A stretch of 51,044 nt of DNA from Bacteroidia bacterium (lineage in GTDB: Bacteria; Bacteroidota; Bacteroidia; UBA4408): assembly GCA_023262495.1 (NCBI GenBank), contig JALRAS010000005.1, positions 3,672 to 54,715 on the forward strand, read 5' to 3'. Below, in pieces: positions 24,728 to 34,943 of this stretch; positions within the stretch are counted from its first letter, which is position 1; every line of letters starts with the position of its first letter. The position numbers and the translations under genes are program-made. The notes below the pieces were generated by a model. That model was not told the origin of the DNA. It searched no databases and was given only the letters and a program-made list of their open reading frames with translations.

Positions 24728-26893
24728 TTAATTGGTCAGTTTCATTTCGTTTACCAAATTAGTGGCACCTGCCAATTTATCCATAATGAATAATACATAG
24801 CGGATGTCAACACAAATGGTGCGCTTTAGTTGCGGATCGAACACAAGGTCTCCGGTCATGGCTTCCCAATTGCCATCAAAAGCAATACCAATCAATTCTC
24901 CTTTGTCATTCATAACGGGGCTGCCCGAGTTACCTCCTGTAATATCATTGTTGGTTAAAAATGCCACTTTAAGTTCCCCATTTTCGGCATAACGTCCAAA
25001 GTCTTTTTTCTTGATGAGTTCAATCAATTTTTCGGGCACATAAAATTCAGATGTTTTATCCTTTTTTGCTTTCTGCAAAATACCATCTGTGGTGGTGTAG
25101 TAATTAAAGTTAACAGCATCGGCAGGTGCGTATGATTTAATATTGCCATATGTTAAACGCTCGGTGCTATTGGCATCAGGATAAAATGTTTTATCTTTTC
25201 TAAACTTCATCAATCCTTCTAAATAAATTCTTTTCAAGCGATCGGTTTGTGCCATAAATTTTTGTTGAGCAGGAGCAATTTGTGCGGTGTTAAATTGTGT
25301 AAGCTCGTTGTTTAGCACAAACACAGGGTCTTTCTCAAAGCTCTTTGCATCGGGTTTAGCAAGCCATTTTTCAAACTTCTCTTTTGAGGTGAAGATACTT
25401 TTTTCAAAAAGTTTATCGGCCCATTTGCTCACTTTTTCTTCATTACTTTTTCCTTTTCCTGCAGCAATTTTAGCAATTGCGGGTGGGAGCTTTGCAGCAG
25501 GAATATCGGCTATGTACATCAAAATCATTTCTTTCACTACCGATAAATCTGTTTGTGTATCATAATCTTTAAAAAACTCATCGGCTGCTGATTTGGCATC
25601 TGCAGTAGCTTCTGCAAGTGCTTTGGCATCGGCAGGTTTTTTTGCTGCTTCATCTTTTACTCTTGAGGCAATTCTGATTAGCTGCGCTGCTTCACAACTT
25701 TTACCGGCCAAATTAAGATATAATAATTGAGAAACCATATCCTTGTATCCATCTACAGCGGTGGCATATTCGCTCAAAATATCGGCATATTTGGCATTGC
25801 CTTCGCTACTTTTAGCCCAAGCAGTAAAGGCGGCTTCTTCTTTTTTTCTTTGTGAAATAACGTCTAGTCTTTCGAGTCCTTCATTTTGCCCAATATAGTA
25901 TTTCCATGAGTTAGCCATTGAAGCATGTTTTGCTGAATATTGTATGCGCACTTTGGTGTCGGCATCCATATTTTTTTTCCATGTTTCGAGTCGTTTGCCA
26001 AACAATTTAATTTGAACGGGATTGATGTATTGCATTTGCAATTCCATACCGGGTGAAGTGATGTAGCGATTTGTTCTACCCGGGAAACCCATGATCATGG
26101 CAAAGTCACCTTCTTTATATCCTTTCAGCGAAACAGGAATAACGTGCTTTGGCTTGTAAGGAACATTATCAGCAGCATATTCGGCCGGTTTGTTGTCTTT
26201 GTTGGCATAAATGCGCAATAGTGAGAAATCTCCTGTATGACGTGGCCACATCCAATTATCCGTATCACCGCCAAACTTTCCTATTGATTGCGGTGGAGCG
26301 CCAACCAAGCGCACATCTTTGAATGTTTCGTATACAAATAAATAAAATTCATTGCCATTAAACATGTCCTTTACAACAGCTTTGTACTTGCCATCTTCGG
26401 CAGCTTTCTTAGAAATTTCTTTGGTGGCATCGCCAATCATTTTGCTGCGGTCTGCAGCAGATGTATTGTCATCAATGCCTTTTAAAACCTGTGCAGTAAC
26501 ATCTTCCATTCTCACTAAAATGGAAGCAGTTTGTCCGGGTATTTTAAGCTCTTCGTTGAATGATTTAGCCCAAAAACCATCATCAAGATAATTATGTTCC
26601 ACGGAGCTATTTTCTTGAATAGCGCTGTAAGCGCAATGATGATTGGTAAACAATAAACCGTTTTCTGATACAATTTCTGCCGTGCAAAATTCGAGACTTA
26701 CGATGGCATCTTTTAAAGCAGCTTGGTTAATGTTATAAATTTCTTCGGCAGTTAATTTGCAGCCATGCTTGGCCATATCCTCAGCATTCAAACGCTTTAC
26801 CAACATAGGAAGCCACATACCCTCATCAGGTATGGCAAATAGGTTAACACAATAAAATGTAACTATGGTAAAGGTTAATAAAATCTTCTTCAT
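24728..26893 (-). CDS. S46-family dipeptidyl peptidase, DPP7-type
   Basis: DEGMWLP, TNHHC, DNWMWPRHTGDFS and TGGNSGSPV motifs. FDGNWE has Gly where DPP11 has Arg (FDRNWE). Confidence 0.93.
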   Translation of the reverse strand: MKKILLTFTIVTFYCVNLFAIPDEGMWLPMLVKRLNAEDMAKHGCKLTAEEIYNINQAALKDAIVSLEFCTAEIVSENGLLFTNHHCAYSAIQENSSVEHNYLDDGFWAKSFNEELKIPGQTASILVRMEDVTAQVLKGIDDNTSAADRSKMIGDATKEISKKAAEDGKYKAVVKDMFNGNEFYLFVYETFKDVRLVGAPPQSIGKFGGDTDNWMWPRHTGDFSLLRIYANKDNKPAEYAADNVPYKPKHVIPVSLKGYKEGDFAMIMGFPGRTNRYITSPGMELQMQYINPVQIKLFGKRLETWKKNMDADTKVRIQYSAKHASMANSWKYYIGQNEGLERLDVISQRKKEEAAFTAWAKSSEGNAKYADILSEYATAVDGYKDMVSQLLYLNLAGKSCEAAQLIRIASRVKDEAAKKPADAKALAEATADAKSAADEFFKDYDTQTDLSVVKEMILMYIADIPAAKLPPAIAKIAAGKGKSNEEKVSKWADKLFEKSIFTSKEKFEKWLAKPDAKSFEKDPVFVLNNELTQFNTAQIAPAQQKFMAQTDRLKRIYLEGLMKFRKDKTFYPDANSTERLTYGNIKSYAPADAVNFNYYTTTDGILQKAKKDKTSEFYVPEKLIELIKKKDFGRYAENGELKVAFLTNNDITGGNSGSPVMNDKGELIGIAFDGNWEAMTGDLVFDPQLKRTICVDIRYVLFIMDKLAGATNLVNEMKLTN

Positions 26894-26946
26894 TGTATAA
26901 TAAAGTTTAAGTTTAAGAATTAAATAGTAAAAGGGTTGAAAAGGGT

Positions 26947-27561
26947 CTAAAATAAACCGTGTATCTCTGCATCAATTTTGCTCACAATTACGCCAAGGTC
27001 TTCATTAGATTCTGCAAAGTTGAGGTTGTCAACTTCAATGATAAGCAGTTTGCCATGATTGTAGGTAGAAATCCAAGCTTCGTAACGCTCATTAAGTCTT
27101 TTGAGATAATCGAGTCGAATAGAGTTTTCGTAATCTCTGCCTCTTTTTTGAATTTGATTAACAAGTGTGGGCACCGATGCTCTTAGGTAAATAAGCAAAT
27201 CAGGAGGTTGTACAAACCCATCCATCAGGTTGAAAAGTGTAAAATAATTTTCGAAATCACGGGTAGTCATTAAGCCCATGCTATGCAGGTTTGGCGCAAA
27301 GATGTAGGCATCTTCATAGATTGTTCTGTCCTGAATAACATTTTTACCACTCTTTCTGATTTCGAGTACCTGATTAAAACGGCTATTTAAGAAGTAAATT
27401 TGCAGGTTAAAGCTCCAACGCTGCATGTCTTCGTAAAAATCGTTGAGGTAAGGATTGTCATCAGCATCTTCAAAATGAGCTTGACAATTGTAGTGCTTAG
27501 CGAGCAGGGTGGTAAGCGTTGTTTTCCCGGAGCCGATGTTTCCGGCTATTGCAATATGCAT
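26947..27561 (-). CDS. Deoxynucleoside kinase
   Basis: GNIGSGKTT P-loop, DRTIYED and RGRDYE motifs. Confidence 0.93.
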   Translation of the reverse strand: MHIAIAGNIGSGKTTLTTLLAKHYNCQAHFEDADDNPYLNDFYEDMQRWSFNLQIYFLNSRFNQVLEIRKSGKNVIQDRTIYEDAYIFAPNLHSMGLMTTRDFENYFTLFNLMDGFVQPPDLLIYLRASVPTLVNQIQKRGRDYENSIRLDYLKRLNERYEAWISTYNHGKLLIIEVDNLNFAESNEDLGVIVSKIDAEIHGLF

Positions 27562-27690
27562 AATGTGAAACGTTTAATTTTTGAGCCGACTAAAGTAAAA
27601 AAAATATCAAGTTAAAAAGGTATGAATGTGCAGTAATTCACAATTTTTGAAAACTTTCTTGGTTTTTACACATAAGTGTATGCAAATACT

Positions 27691-27698
27691 TACCTTTG
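27691..27698 (+). promoter_or_regulatory. Bacteroidota -7 promoter box (TACCTTTG) for tatA
   Basis: TAnnTTTG match about 18 nt upstream of the ATG. Confidence 0.5.
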
Positions 27699-27716
27699 CG
27701 GTCATAATATGCAGTC

Positions 27717-27980
27717 ATGATTTTACTCACTTTATTGTTTTTAAATCTTGGAGGGTCTGAAGTAATGCTCATCTTGTTGGTGATTTTACTTTTTTTCGGG
27801 TCTAAGAACATTCCTAATTTGGCCCGTGGATTGGGCAAAGGAATGCGTGAGTTTAGAGAAGCAACAGATGGTATTAAAAGAGAAATAGAAAACAGTGCAT
27901 CACCTGTTACGGATGAAATGAAAAAGGCAAGTGATGGTATTCAGCAGCAAATAAACGAACACAAAGCTGCAAACAACTAA
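27717..27980 (+). CDS. tatA: Twin-arginine translocase TatA/TatE subunit
   Basis: GGSE..LILLVILLFFG.K.IP.LARGLGKGMREF motif. Confidence 0.9.
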   Translation: MILLTLLFLNLGGSEVMLILLVILLFFGSKNIPNLARGLGKGMREFREATDGIKREIENSASPVTDEMKKASDGIQQQINEHKAANN

Positions 27981-27991
27981 ACAGAATTATT

Positions 27992-29173
27992 TTGAAACAC
28001 GTTTTATCGGGCACCCTCAATTTGGTTGTATCGTGCCACTATGGATTTGAGGAACTGCTAGCTGAGGAACTCAGCGCCCTTGGCTTCGAGCAAATAAATT
28101 TACACAACCGTTCGGTAACCTGCACAGGTACGCTTGAAATGGTTTACCGTGCTAATTATTGCTGCAGGTTGGCCTTAAGGGTTTTAATTAAGATAGCCTC
28201 ATTTGAAGCACCAGATAGCAATACTTTGTATGAAGAGGTGTATGATTTGCCATGGGAGCAATTGATTGATGCTGATGCTAAAATTGCCATCAACAGTATT
28301 TGTAATCAGTCGCAGTTCGATAATACCATGTTTGTATCGATGCGCGCCAAAGATGCTATTGCCGATTTCTTCCGTCATCGCACGGGCATTAGACCATCGG
28401 TAGATAACGATAACCCTGATTTAAGAGTGCAGGTACATATTTTTAAGGAGCAGGCCACAGTGTTGCTCGACTCTTCGGGCGATTCATTGCACATGCGCGG
28501 ATATAGAACTGCAGTGAACAAGGCACCTATCAGTGAAGTGTTGGCAGCCGGTCTCATTATTAAATCGGGTTGGACACCCGATCAAGCATTTTATGATCCA
28601 ATGTGCGGGTCAGGCACCTTTTTGATTGAAGCGGCTATGATGTCGACTAATACGCCTGCCGGTTTTTACAGAAAGGGATTTGGTTTTGAAAGATGGAAAG
28701 GTTTCGATAGAGCGCTATTTGAACATGTTGTTGCAGAGGCATGCAGTAAAAGAAAATTACTCACCAAATGTGTCATTGAAGGTAGCGATAGTGCAAGGAA
28801 AAGTTTGAGCATTAGCCGAGACAACATCAAGTTTGCAGGTTTATCAGGGCTTATTAAAACATCTTTAGCCGATTTTGAAACAGCACCGGCTCCCGAAGAA
28901 CCCGGCACCATTATCATCAACCCACCGTATGGCGGGCGTTTTGATAAAGACGATGTGGAAGTGTTGTACCAGCGAATTGGTGATACGCTTAAAAAAAATT
29001 ACAAAGGCCACACGGCATGGATCATTACTGCAAACAGAGAAGCCGTGAAGCACATTGGCTTACATGCCACCAAAAAATTTATTGTATTTAACGGACAGTT
29101 AGAGTGCAGATTCCTTAGATATGATATATACGAGGGCTCTAAAAAAGCCAAGCATCAACAGGGCAGTATATAA
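27992..29173 (+). CDS. THUMP-domain RNA methyltransferase (RlmL-like, m2G)
   Basis: DSSGDSLH.RGYR, APISE.LAAG, DPMCGSGT and NPPYG motifs. Confidence 0.9.
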   Translation: MKHVLSGTLNLVVSCHYGFEELLAEELSALGFEQINLHNRSVTCTGTLEMVYRANYCCRLALRVLIKIASFEAPDSNTLYEEVYDLPWEQLIDADAKIAINSICNQSQFDNTMFVSMRAKDAIADFFRHRTGIRPSVDNDNPDLRVQVHIFKEQATVLLDSSGDSLHMRGYRTAVNKAPISEVLAAGLIIKSGWTPDQAFYDPMCGSGTFLIEAAMMSTNTPAGFYRKGFGFERWKGFDRALFEHVVAEACSKRKLLTKCVIEGSDSARKSLSISRDNIKFAGLSGLIKTSLADFETAPAPEEPGTIIINPPYGGRFDKDDVEVLYQRIGDTLKKNYKGHTAWIITANREAVKHIGLHATKKFIVFNGQLECRFLRYDIYEGSKKAKHQQGSI

Positions 29174-29233
29174 TTCCTTTATTATTTTTAGTAGTAACAA
29201 TGCCTTGCAAACGAGGATGAGATTGAGTGACTT

Positions 29234-29302
29234 GGGCAATCCATCGCTCTGCTCAGGCCGGGCCATTCGCGCTACACGGTAGCTTGCTGCTGTCCCTATT
29301 GC
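29234..29302 (+). ncRNA. Structured repeat RNA, Flavo-1-like (copy C)
   Basis: GGGCAAT...CCGGGCCATTCGC-GCTAC-ACG-GTAGC-TTGCTGCTGTCCCTATTGC, about 60 nt after the methyltransferase stop. Confidence 0.55.
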
Positions 29303-29557
29303 AATTTTTCTAAAAGGAATAACGGTCAAAGTAGGCAAATCCTTTCAACAGCATAACATCATCAATACAGCTTAAATAGCTTCGGCTATCGGCAGAACAC
29401 GTTCTTAAACCCGAATTAATCAGTAGAAGTTACGCAGGTAACGCACTGGTCATTTTATGTGGGTAATCTCGCTTAGCAGGTGTTTTAAATCCATTGAACC
29501 AATCGATTGAATTACAGCTGTTTTAGCGATTCCGCATTTTCTAATGCAGCATTTGGG

Positions 29558-29578
29558 TTGAAAGTGTAATCGGTATTA
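29558..29578 (+). repeat. 21-bp exact copy of the right end of the MITE-like element at 3269-3289
   Basis: TTGAAAGTGTAATCGGTATTA occurs at both sites. Confidence 0.8.
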
Positions 29579-29641
29579 TTTAGCTGCAACAATTAGGACT
29601 CACAGTCACGAGTTTGAGAATTAGTATTTAAAGTTGCCTAA

Positions 29642-29685
29642 AAATAATAAACCCGCCTGACTGCAGTCAGGCGGGTTTATTATTT
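29642..29685. terminator. Perfect 44-bp palindrome; bidirectional intrinsic terminator
   Basis: AAATAATAAACCCGCCTGACTG|CAGTCAGGCGGGTTTATTATTT, 15 nt after the stop of the minus-strand T9SS gene, between convergent genes. Confidence 0.85.
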
Positions 29686-29700
29686 AATGATTGATTTGAA

Positions 29701-31680
29701 TTATTTTTTCACCATCATTTTGCGAGTAACGCTTTTGTTACCTGCTTTCACAGTGTAAAAATATAATCCTGAAGCAAGGTCAGAACCATCGATGTTCACA
29801 CGGTGAGAACCTGCCATCATGTTGCCTTTGTCAAATGTTGCAACAGTGGTACCAAGAGTATTCACGATATCAATAGTTACATGAGCTGTTTCAGTTAAGC
29901 TTAGGTTAAAGCTAGTCTGTAAATCGAATGGATTTGGAGCATTGCCGCTTACATCAAAACCTTCTGCTTTACCAATGCTTCTTACACTAACAAATTCTGA
30001 TTGATCGAATTCAATTCCACTAACAAAGAAATGTTTCATGGGTAAGGTAACATCAACAATGTTTGGCCATTCATTCGGTAATGAAACGGTTGCTGGTGTT
30101 TTGTATAAAGTACCGTTTTGTAGGGTAATGTTTGAGATGTATAAGAAATAGTTCTCGGCATCTTCAGTAAATTGCTTAGTTGCTGTCCACTTTTGATTGG
30201 TTACATCATATCCTTTACCAAAAATATTTGGCTTGTTATTTTGTAATTCATCGTTTGGATCTGGGTTTGTATCAAGCCAGTAGTAAAATAATTTAGAACC
30301 ATCATCAGAACGACTCATTTGCATCCTTGCATCAATTTCAAAAGGAGCACCTGTATCATCGGTAAAAGGAGAGAAGTCAGCTGCATTGTCAGTGTTTAAT
30401 GAATCTACCATTACAGCATCCCAACCATTAGCAGTGGTGTAGGTGTCAAACATATAAAAAGTTTTTACCGGAGAAGCTGCATTGTAGGCAAAAGTGTACC
30501 CTAATGAATCATTGCTCATTGTAAAACCGCTTATTACAGTTGAGAAAATGTGTAAATTACCATTTTCGTCAACAGCGCAATCCATTCCTTTTGCCATGGA
30601 GAACCAAGCTTTGCCCGGACCGGTAAAACCATTATCGGCACTTACCCATGCGGCATCAAGTGTTGAGTCAATAGCAGGAATTGAAGAGAAGTTGAAGTTT
30701 GGCAATTGATTCCAAGTTGCACCGGCATCGGTAGTTTTGTATACAATTGGCGCATAACCTTTTGCTGTATCATTGGTGATTGCAGCATCAACACCGTTAA
30801 AAATAACATAACCTATGTTTCCGGCTTTATTCCAAGCGGTTTGAGCAATAGTGTATGTTTCGTTAGAACCATCTGTACCTACGTAGAAGTTAGGTTTTAA
30901 AGAGTCAACTGTCCAAGTGAAAGTATTGCCGTTTGGAGTTGCATAATTAAGGGATGCTCCTCTGTACAATTGAGCAATAGCAGTTGTTCCGTTTGGATCG
31001 GCATACAATCCGCCAGTTACAATTGTTTTTAGGTCAGTGGCGGTGGCACCAATACGCGCAAAACCTTGATTGATAACACCGGCAGAACCATCAATGTTAA
31101 AAGTTGGTGTAATGTTGGTACTGTCAAGCTTGGCTGAAGAAAAATAATTTCCAATCCAACCTGAACCTGAAGTGATAGGTCCTGAAATGGTTGCAAAAGC
31201 ATTATTGATGTCGGTATTACCCGATGGATTAAAAATAGCACCACTTGGATAACGACAGAGGTTCACAGCATCATTGGTTTGAACGATTGAATCCCATGTT
31301 GTACCGTAATTGGTTGAAAAAGTGTTTAATATATAACCTGAGTTGGAGCCCACCAATAAATCCATGTATTGGCTACTGATGCGATGTGTAAATAGCACAG
31401 CATTTAATTGTTGGTTGGCAGTTAAGCAGTTTGATTCGGTAACAATTAAGCCATAAGCATTTCTTGATCCGGCAAACTGAGTTTTTGTTACTGCACGATT
31501 AGAGCCTCCTTGATTGAAATTAAAAGGCGGCCTTTGTTGCGTTGCTGCAGGAAAACGAAAACCATCGTTGTTGTTGAATTTAAAATTCGTTTTGTCCTGA
31601 AGCTTAAAGGTTTTTTGTGACTGCGCAAAGTTCACTGTAGTGAAACCTATACCAATCGCTAGGAGTAAAATTTTCTTCAT
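29701..31680 (-). CDS. T9SS type A sorting-domain protein with Asp-box/BNR-like repeats; function unknown
   Basis: Signal peptide; STNYGTTW, TTDAGATW and SRSDDG motifs; CTD (NAPNPF...LASGLYFY...TRKMMVKK). TAAATTTG promoter box at 31734-31741. Confidence 0.85.
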   Translation of the reverse strand: MKKILLLAIGIGFTTVNFAQSQKTFKLQDKTNFKFNNNDGFRFPAATQQRPPFNFNQGGSNRAVTKTQFAGSRNAYGLIVTESNCLTANQQLNAVLFTHRISSQYMDLLVGSNSGYILNTFSTNYGTTWDSIVQTNDAVNLCRYPSGAIFNPSGNTDINNAFATISGPITSGSGWIGNYFSSAKLDSTNITPTFNIDGSAGVINQGFARIGATATDLKTIVTGGLYADPNGTTAIAQLYRGASLNYATPNGNTFTWTVDSLKPNFYVGTDGSNETYTIAQTAWNKAGNIGYVIFNGVDAAITNDTAKGYAPIVYKTTDAGATWNQLPNFNFSSIPAIDSTLDAAWVSADNGFTGPGKAWFSMAKGMDCAVDENGNLHIFSTVISGFTMSNDSLGYTFAYNAASPVKTFYMFDTYTTANGWDAVMVDSLNTDNAADFSPFTDDTGAPFEIDARMQMSRSDDGSKLFYYWLDTNPDPNDELQNNKPNIFGKGYDVTNQKWTATKQFTEDAENYFLYISNITLQNGTLYKTPATVSLPNEWPNIVDVTLPMKHFFVSGIEFDQSEFVSVRSIGKAEGFDVSGNAPNPFDLQTSFNLSLTETAHVTIDIVNTLGTTVATFDKGNMMAGSHRVNIDGSDLASGLYFYTVKAGNKSVTRKMMVKK

Positions 31681-31845
31681 TGCTTTTGAATTAGTTGTGT
31701 ATTAAATTTAGTTGATTTTTATGTTAAAGGTTACAAATTTAGTTAGCAATAGATAAAAAACAAATTTTATTCAAAACTTTTTATGAGGCGTCATTAGTGT
31801 TAGACCTAATTTGATTTAGCTTTGCCCAATCTAATTCATAAAGGT

Positions 31846-32634
31846 ATGCAAGAAGCGCTAAAATCATTTGAAAAACTGCTTAAAATTATGGACGATCTGC
31901 GTGCAGGTTGCCCCTGGGATCGCGAACAAACTTTTGAATCGCTCCGACACTTGACCATAGAAGAGGTGTATGAGTTAAGCGATGCCATCATGAAAAATGA
32001 TAAACAGGAAATAAAGAAGGAAATAGGAGATGTGTTGCTACACATTGTTTTTTATGCTAAAATTGGCTCTGAAACAGCCGATTTTAATATTACCCAAGTG
32101 ATTGATGCCTTGTGTGAAAAATTGATTTTTCGACATCCACATATTTATGGAGATCCCAATAATGGTGGAAAATTAATTGAGGTTGAAAATCAAAATCAGG
32201 TGAAGGAAAACTGGGAAAAACTAAAAATGAAGGAAGGTAATAAGTCTGTTTTAGGTGGTGTTCCGGTTTCGTTGCCGGCCATGATCAAGGCACAGCGTAT
32301 TCAAGAAAAAGTTCGTGCGGTTGGTTTTGATTGGGATAATCCTGCTCAAGTGTGGGACAAAGTGAATGAGGAATTATTAGAATTTAAAACTGAAATTGAC
32401 AACAATGCCGATCATACTAAAAAGGAAGAGGAGTTCGGTGATGTGTTGTTTAGTTTAATCAATTACGCGCGATTTGTGGGAATCAATCCGGAAGATGCCC
32501 TCGAAAAAACCAACCGAAAATTTATCAAGCGTTTTCAGTATCTGGAAGAGGAATCAAAAAAAGATGGAAAAAAACTCACGGAAATGACGCTAAACGAGAT
32601 GGATATATATTGGAATCGGGCCAAGAGTATGTAA
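31846..32634 (+). CDS. mazG: Nucleoside triphosphate pyrophosphohydrolase MazG
   Basis: LRAGCPWDREQT, EE.YEL.DAI, EIGDVLL, RHPH and EEEFGDVLF motifs. The TTG at 31822 lies within a TAGCTTTG promoter box, so ATG 31846 is preferred. Confidence 0.95.
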   Translation: MQEALKSFEKLLKIMDDLRAGCPWDREQTFESLRHLTIEEVYELSDAIMKNDKQEIKKEIGDVLLHIVFYAKIGSETADFNITQVIDALCEKLIFRHPHIYGDPNNGGKLIEVENQNQVKENWEKLKMKEGNKSVLGGVPVSLPAMIKAQRIQEKVRAVGFDWDNPAQVWDKVNEELLEFKTEIDNNADHTKKEEEFGDVLFSLINYARFVGINPEDALEKTNRKFIKRFQYLEEESKKDGKKLTEMTLNEMDIYWNRAKSM

Positions 32635-32733
32635 TAAATGCAGTTATCACTATCGTGCGGTTGATAGATAATTGTTTTTCTTTTGAAATGATTCCACTAA
32701 TGAGATTTAATTTGCACGCTAAAAGCATCAATA

Positions 32734-34200
32734 TTGAGCGCAATTAAAAAACTGGCTTCTCAAACGGCTGTTTATGGCCTTAGCAGTATTCTCGGCAGAT
32801 TACTCAATTATTTATTGGTGCCACTTTACACTAATATTTTCCTTCCCGAAGAATATGGTGTGGTAACCGAATTTTATACCTATGTTTCCTTTTTTGCAGT
32901 GATGCTTACCTACGGTATGGAAACTGCATTTTTCAGATACAGTCAAAAGGAGGATACCAATCAAACTACAGTATATGCAACGGCATTGTTATCAGTAATT
33001 ACAACTACCGCTATTTTTTTGTTGTTTGGATTTTTATTTTCCGATCATATTGCACAATCGCTCAGTTACCAACAACATGTGTGGTACATACAGTGTTTTT
33101 TAATCATCATAGCTATCGATGCGGTTACAGCAATTCCATTTGCCAAACTAAGAGCAGAAAATAAAGCACTCCGTTTTGCGGGTATTCGCTTGGTTAATAT
33201 ATTTCTAAACATTAGCGTAAACCTATTCTTTCTGCTGCTATGTCCGGCCGTTGTAAAAGACTATCCTGAGCAACTGAGCCATTTTTACGATGCACAAATT
33301 GGAGTTGGTTATATTTTTATTGCCAATTTACTGGCAAGTGTAGCCACACTATTGTTGCTGATGCCGCAATTTAAAATCAAGTTGCAATTCGATAAAAAGT
33401 TATGGAATGAACTAATTAAATATGCCCTGCCACTGTTGCTTGTAGGACTAGCAGGAATGATTAATGAAACAGCTGACAGGGCTATGCTCAAATATCTGCT
33501 CCCTGCGGGAAGTAATGTGATGGCAGAAATTGGTATTTATGGCGCATGCTATAAAATCAGTATCATCATGACCATCTTTATTCAAACCTTCAGGTATGCA
33601 GCAGAGCCATTTTTTTTCAGTCATGCCAAAAATAAAGATGCCAATCAATTGTATGCCGATGTAATGAAATACTTTGTGATTGCCTGTGCAGCCATTTTTT
33701 TAATCACATTACTTTACCTTGATATTGTCAAATTTTTTGTTGGTAAAAAATATTGGGCCGGCTTGCCTATTGTACCTATTTTATTGTTGGCCAACTGGTT
33801 TCTAGGAATATACTTCAACCTTACGGTGTGGTACAAACTTACCAACAAAACCGGCTATGGTGCCGGTATCAGCATTTTCGGGGCCTTGCTTACCATCGTT
33901 TTTAATTTCATATTTATTCCATTATTTGGCTACTACGGTGCAGCATGGACAACCCTCATTTGCTATGCAGCAATGATGCTTACCAGCTATTTTCAAGGCC
34001 AAAAACATTTTCCTATCAACTATGATTTAAAACGAATTATCGGTTACATCATTTTTGCAATTACCTTGTATTTGCTGTCGAACTTGTTTGCTAATTACTC
34101 AGTATCGCTAAAATTATTGTTGAATACAGTATTGCTATTCTTTTTCTTAGGAACTGTTTTCAAGCTCGAAAAAAAACAATTCAAAAGTGTTGCGCTTTAA
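32734..34200 (+). CDS. Polysaccharide flippase (Wzx/MOP superfamily)
   Basis: LASQTAVYGLSSILGR, YGMETAFFR and FRYAAEPFFF motifs; about 14 hydrophobic segments. Confidence 0.88.
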   Translation: MSAIKKLASQTAVYGLSSILGRLLNYLLVPLYTNIFLPEEYGVVTEFYTYVSFFAVMLTYGMETAFFRYSQKEDTNQTTVYATALLSVITTTAIFLLFGFLFSDHIAQSLSYQQHVWYIQCFLIIIAIDAVTAIPFAKLRAENKALRFAGIRLVNIFLNISVNLFFLLLCPAVVKDYPEQLSHFYDAQIGVGYIFIANLLASVATLLLLMPQFKIKLQFDKKLWNELIKYALPLLLVGLAGMINETADRAMLKYLLPAGSNVMAEIGIYGACYKISIIMTIFIQTFRYAAEPFFFSHAKNKDANQLYADVMKYFVIACAAIFLITLLYLDIVKFFVGKKYWAGLPIVPILLLANWFLGIYFNLTVWYKLTNKTGYGAGISIFGALLTIVFNFIFIPLFGYYGAAWTTLICYAAMMLTSYFQGQKHFPINYDLKRIIGYIIFAITLYLLSNLFANYSVSLKLLLNTVLLFFFLGTVFKLEKKQFKSVAL

Positions 34201-34810
34201 TCTCACAAAGGTCAGCTGTTTTATGCTGTGTTTCATCTGCGCTTTTCACACTAATGCATCAGGGCAAAATTGCGATACGATTTATTATCATGACGGCAGT
34301 GTGCTCATGATTACAATTAAAATAAATGAAAAAGATTCTGTGTTGCTTTGTCGTGATATTGATGGTAAAAATATACTTGTAAGTGATGTTATATCCTACC
34401 AGTTTTTCGATAAAAAATTTAATAAAAAGCGTACAGTTACAATTATCGATAAGGTATTGTATGAAGATTACTGCATATCCGAATCGGATACGATTTATCA
34501 ATACATACAACATCACGATGCATTTGATTTAACGCTCAAGCAATTTTACAGCTATTTGGAGCAGCAGGTGGTATATCCCAAAAATGCTTTAAAGAAAGGC
34601 ATACAGGCCCAAGTAAAAGTGAGTATGGTTATCGATAAAAAAGGAGTCATCACACAAATTACTTCACTCACCAAACACGAATGGGGATTCGAAGAATCAC
34701 TCATTAAAACAATCAGCGATAAAAAGCAGTTTGGTTTTGTGCTGTACCACAACAAACCTGTTAATTATTATTTGGAAATACCTTTTGCATTTGTCATCAA
34801 AAAAAGATAA
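34187..34810 (+). CDS. TonB C-terminal domain-containing protein
   Basis: YPKNALKKGIQAQV.V...IDKKG.I and KPVNYY..IPF.F motifs; signal-like N-terminus. Confidence 0.7.
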   Translation: MLRFNLTKVSCFMLCFICAFHTNASGQNCDTIYYHDGSVLMITIKINEKDSVLLCRDIDGKNILVSDVISYQFFDKKFNKKRTVTIIDKVLYEDYCISESDTIYQYIQHHDAFDLTLKQFYSYLEQQVVYPKNALKKGIQAQVKVSMVIDKKGVITQITSLTKHEWGFEESLIKTISDKKQFGFVLYHNKPVNYYLEIPFAFVIKKR

Positions 34811-34943
34811 TTAAATGCAATGCAGTTTGAGAAATACAGATGAATAACTCTATTAAAATTTATTACATTTATGCCCTTAAAAGTCACGTTTGATTGAAAA
34901 AAATCTCGGTAAAATTAAATTTTAAAACACCTACATTCGTTTC

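Noticed and set aside
29099-29338. 79-aa minus-strand ORF
   Set aside because: It overlaps the methyltransferase end and the structured repeat copy C; no coding evidence.
31846-32634. mazG as part of an abortive-infection or toxin-antitoxin system
   Set aside because: It is the ordinary tandem-domain housekeeping form, with no adjacent toxin or defence gene.
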